Positions 60,615 to 64,000 of a stretch of DNA of 64,000 nucleotides are shown one piece after another. The first letter of the stretch is position 1; each line of letters opens with the position of its first letter. This DNA is from Laetmonice hystrix. Taxonomy: Eukaryota. The position numbers were made by a program, and so were the translations under genes. The stretch covers positions 51,088,001-51,152,000 of the forward strand of contig OZ249437.1 of assembly GCA_965235115.1 (NCBI GenBank), written 5' to 3'. The notes below the pieces were generated by a model. The model saw only the letters and a program-made list of their open reading frames with translations. It did no database searches and was not told the origin of the DNA.

Positions 60615-63140
60615 GATTTGGTGAGTGGTGTCCCTCTAATACAGCTGAAATCACCCCGTGTCCCCAGAAACACACACAGACATTCACGGCCACCCATCCC
60701 ATGGGATGAAGCAGGGGGGACGAAACCCCCTGGGTCGTTTATCAGGCCGTCCCCGATACGTTGAAGAAACGGCTGTGGAAACCCGTACGGAAAGCTGGAC
60801 TATCGGAAGTGGCCGGGAAACCCATGTTGGAATGAAGTAACAAATCACGCCTTCCAACTACAGACCATGAGTATGTTGAAAGGGAGGTGCTTTCAACCGA
60901 GAAATGGCAAGGGTCTGTCGCTGCTGCCGAGCTGTCGTCGTCTAGAAGGGATGCTATGCAATTTAATAGGAATTTGCATGATATCCATTGTCAAATACGC
61001 GGCTTTGGGGTGTGTGGGTGTATGTGTTAGATGTCGGGAAACGGGCAGAAAGGGGGTTTGATTAGAGACAAAGAAGCCGAAAGGTATTGCTGATACAGGC
61101 TTAGATTGACCGGTAAGACGCACGTCATGATCCGTTTGATCACGTGATACAGAACGGGCTGTTAACTCAGCTTCTGCGTCCAGACTGCCTGGAGGGGGCG
61201 TCTGAGGTAACACATCCCTGATATATTAACAGTCTGACCAGCCATGGTATACCACAGACAAGGTCTGTATGATTAGTTGGGGACATAGAAGGAAGGGGGA
61301 CGTTTTGGGTGTGTGTCGGGCCTCCCATTGCTGGGGTAGCGTGGGTGGTCCTAATGTATAGTCCATACTGCTGTAGTACGCTGCGGCCGGTCCTATTGAA
61401 GCCTTCATAAAGACTTGGAAGGCGCCGAACAATGGACCATAATGAACTCTCCGATAGCGCCACATGTGAACAAAATCCTTTTTACGTGGAGGACATACAA
61501 AACACGTGAAAATGAAATCATATATTATTACAGGGAAATTGAACTGAACTGATGGGGTGGGTAATTTTTGTTATACCAGACGAACCGTGGCTGAAGTCGT
61601 ACTGGAGAACTGTGTACATGTTTACTCAATGAACTGCAACAAGATGTACACTATTTTTCTGTATAATAATTATAGTGCTGCCAGTATGGGTGTATATAGT
61701 ACCTGCCCGTATTGACGGACCTAAGGATGAGTCCCAAGTCCTGGCGGCGATCATCTAATGGTCGAAGCCTTTATTATGTGTGTATTGTGACAAAGGATAT
61801 AACAAGACTGGATTAGGAACTATCATAATATGCAACCAACCTTATAGTGTTTTGAAAGGCTTAACGATTTATATACAAAGATATACGTATTTTTAAATTC
61901 TGATATGCTAGTGCCTGGCTTTACAAAATATCTTAGGTGCATGGATAAATCGGTCATTTTTATGCTTGCTACATATACTACAATGGATTATTCCTTGACA
62001 AAAGGACAGGACCATGTCAGCATGATGGAAATTATAAGCTGCCCAAGACGTCCCAATATTACAACCAATTAGGTGCAGCTCTCTCAGTGGTTTAGACAAA
62101 AGATAATGATATCCACGACCCAGTAGGACGTATCGGGCCCTATCTTTGTAGAACACAGCCACTCTTGTACGATATTCCATAGATAAAGCTTGTTTGATGG
62201 ACATAAAACGGATGTTAAACCTCTACTAATAGTCATTTCGGATTACTACGATGCCAGTAACGTGTATTTTAGGTGAAGACGCCAGAGACATAATGCATGT
62301 GTCGAAGAACTAGCCTAGCAGAATATCCATGGATTACGTAATATCAGGATGTGAAACCTTAATGCCCGACAAAGGGCATTGTACAGTGACACACATACGT
62401 TTCATCATTTGTAAATAATGACTTTTGCATCCAGAAAATGTAAATGTTTTGTATTGTACATTAAATTATCTGGACAGCTTATGTGATAGCTGCGTACTGT
62501 TTTCATTGTTGTTGATGTTGTTGTTATTGAATATAAGTGTTGGTGAAAGTGTTGGTTGGTGTAGTGATGGTATTGTTAAGAATACTGTTTGCTGTACTAC
62601 TACAGGTGAATGACCTCATGTTTGCGGCAGATGTAGTGCTTCTCTGTCAATTCTTAGGCTCTTCCCTTTCGTCTTTACCTGAGAGAAAACTCATTTCCTA
62701 GTTTTTGACTCTCGTCTGGAATGTTTTCCCTTTCAATTGTCTTCAGTCGAACACCAATAATTTCAAACAACACTAATTTATCCTCGTCCTTTTATTTTTG
62801 GTTGGATTATTTTAGAATCTCCGGTAACCTAATCGTGTAGTCGTATTTAAAACAATCGATTCCGAAGGAAAATAACATCACATCATCCAAATGCGTTCAC
62901 TGCTCTCGGTTTTATCACGGCTGTTCATTTTCTTTTTGCCTGTTGTACAATTCTATTTTAATAACCATTTTGAATCAGGAACGTACACAGAAGGTTTGGA
63001 TATCTATAACCCCCGCCCCCATGTGTCATAGAAAAAATATTTGCTAAATTGGACAATGTCTGCGTAAAGTAGGAGGAACCCCGTTCTATAGACAGGCATG
63101 GCAACTTGGAACGTGCTGTAATCTCCCCTTCATCAAACTC

Positions 63141-63240
63141 TGGTATGGTGCTGACGCTGGTATGATGCTGACGCTGGTATGGTGCTGACTGGTATGGTCC
63201 TGACTATGGTATGGTGCTGACTCCGGTATGGTACTGACTT
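63141..63240. repeat. Degenerate 15-18-bp tandem repeat, about 6 copies
   Basis: (C)TGGTATG(G/A)TGCTGAC(G) recurs. Confidence 0.85.
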
Positions 63241-63907
63241 CATAAGTATCCACCTGATCTATGATGTGGCTATGATGTAAAATCCGACGTTTATCGCTCT
63301 TGCCAACAGCTGCTTACCATTCAAGGGTTCATCGTGCCATAATAAATGATCGTAAGCCGACGCCGTTATATCAAATTAACGCGTTTTTTTTACCCGTACA
63401 AAGTGTTTTTAAGGAGCGTTATCAGTAAAACTGTTCGTGTTCATCATTGAGCTTATTTTCAGACTAAATGTTGACATAAGCAATTACCCAAGACACCGTG
63501 CGAGCTACAGCTAATCTATGCATCATATAATCTTATAATCAGTTTATGTGATCATATTTACTGGTAAATAGACATTAACTGATTGTATTGATAAAACAAG
63601 TGATACATGGCTGCACAACTGAAATCTTACGGGGAAAAAAATAATTGTGGCGTGTCATGTTTTGCCGTACTGTTTTTTACTCGCGGAAAACACGCGGGAA
63701 TTATGGGAGCGGTCGGTGCAGTAAACTACTTACACATTACAGCCTGTGGTGCACGTCCGTTTCTTGGACACAATAAGACGAGGCCGGCCCATAACAAACA
63801 AATTGGGCGGAAACATTTCAAGGAGGCAACCATCGAGAAGCTGTAGGGACCACTCCTGTCCCATCAACCGGCATTTCCGCAAGTCGGAGTCATGTCCCGC
63901 CAAGTAC

Positions 63908-64000
63908 GTCATCTAACGCACAGATAACAGTTTTATAGTAATCCAAACCGTCATCTAACGCACAGATAACAGTTTTATAGTAATCCAAACCGTCATCTAA
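63908..64000. repeat. 42-bp tandem repeat running off the window end
   Basis: CGTCATCTAACGCACAGATAACAGTTTTATAGTAATCCAAAC twice plus the start of a third copy. Confidence 0.9.

Overview
This is animal (metazoan) nuclear DNA, mostly non-coding, and probably from a bilaterian invertebrate; the taxon is an inference. I found no operons, rRNA, convincing tRNA or CRISPR. The main feature is one + strand spliceosomal gene that the ORF track only shows in fragments. I reconstructed 12 coding exons by hand between 34886 and 60614. All introns are GT-AG and all junction phases match, giving one open frame of about 512 aa. The product is a Cys-rich, apparently extracellular protein built from two copies of a six-exon module, ending in an acidic stalk and a GPI-anchor-like tail. 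Its motifs match my recollection of the uncharacterised DUF7042/DUF7043/DUF7044 invertebrate family, which needs an HMM check. The N-terminal exon(s) and signal peptide were not found with confidence. The rest of the window holds many minisatellites (26, 35, 47, 59, 60 bp units and a 59-73 bp composite), two clear MITEs (PIF/Harbinger-like and Tc1/mariner-like), decayed retroelement traces (a Penelope-like relic and possible LINE fragments), and promoter-like motif clusters. The long repeat-derived ORFs in the track are artefacts of stop-free tandem units.
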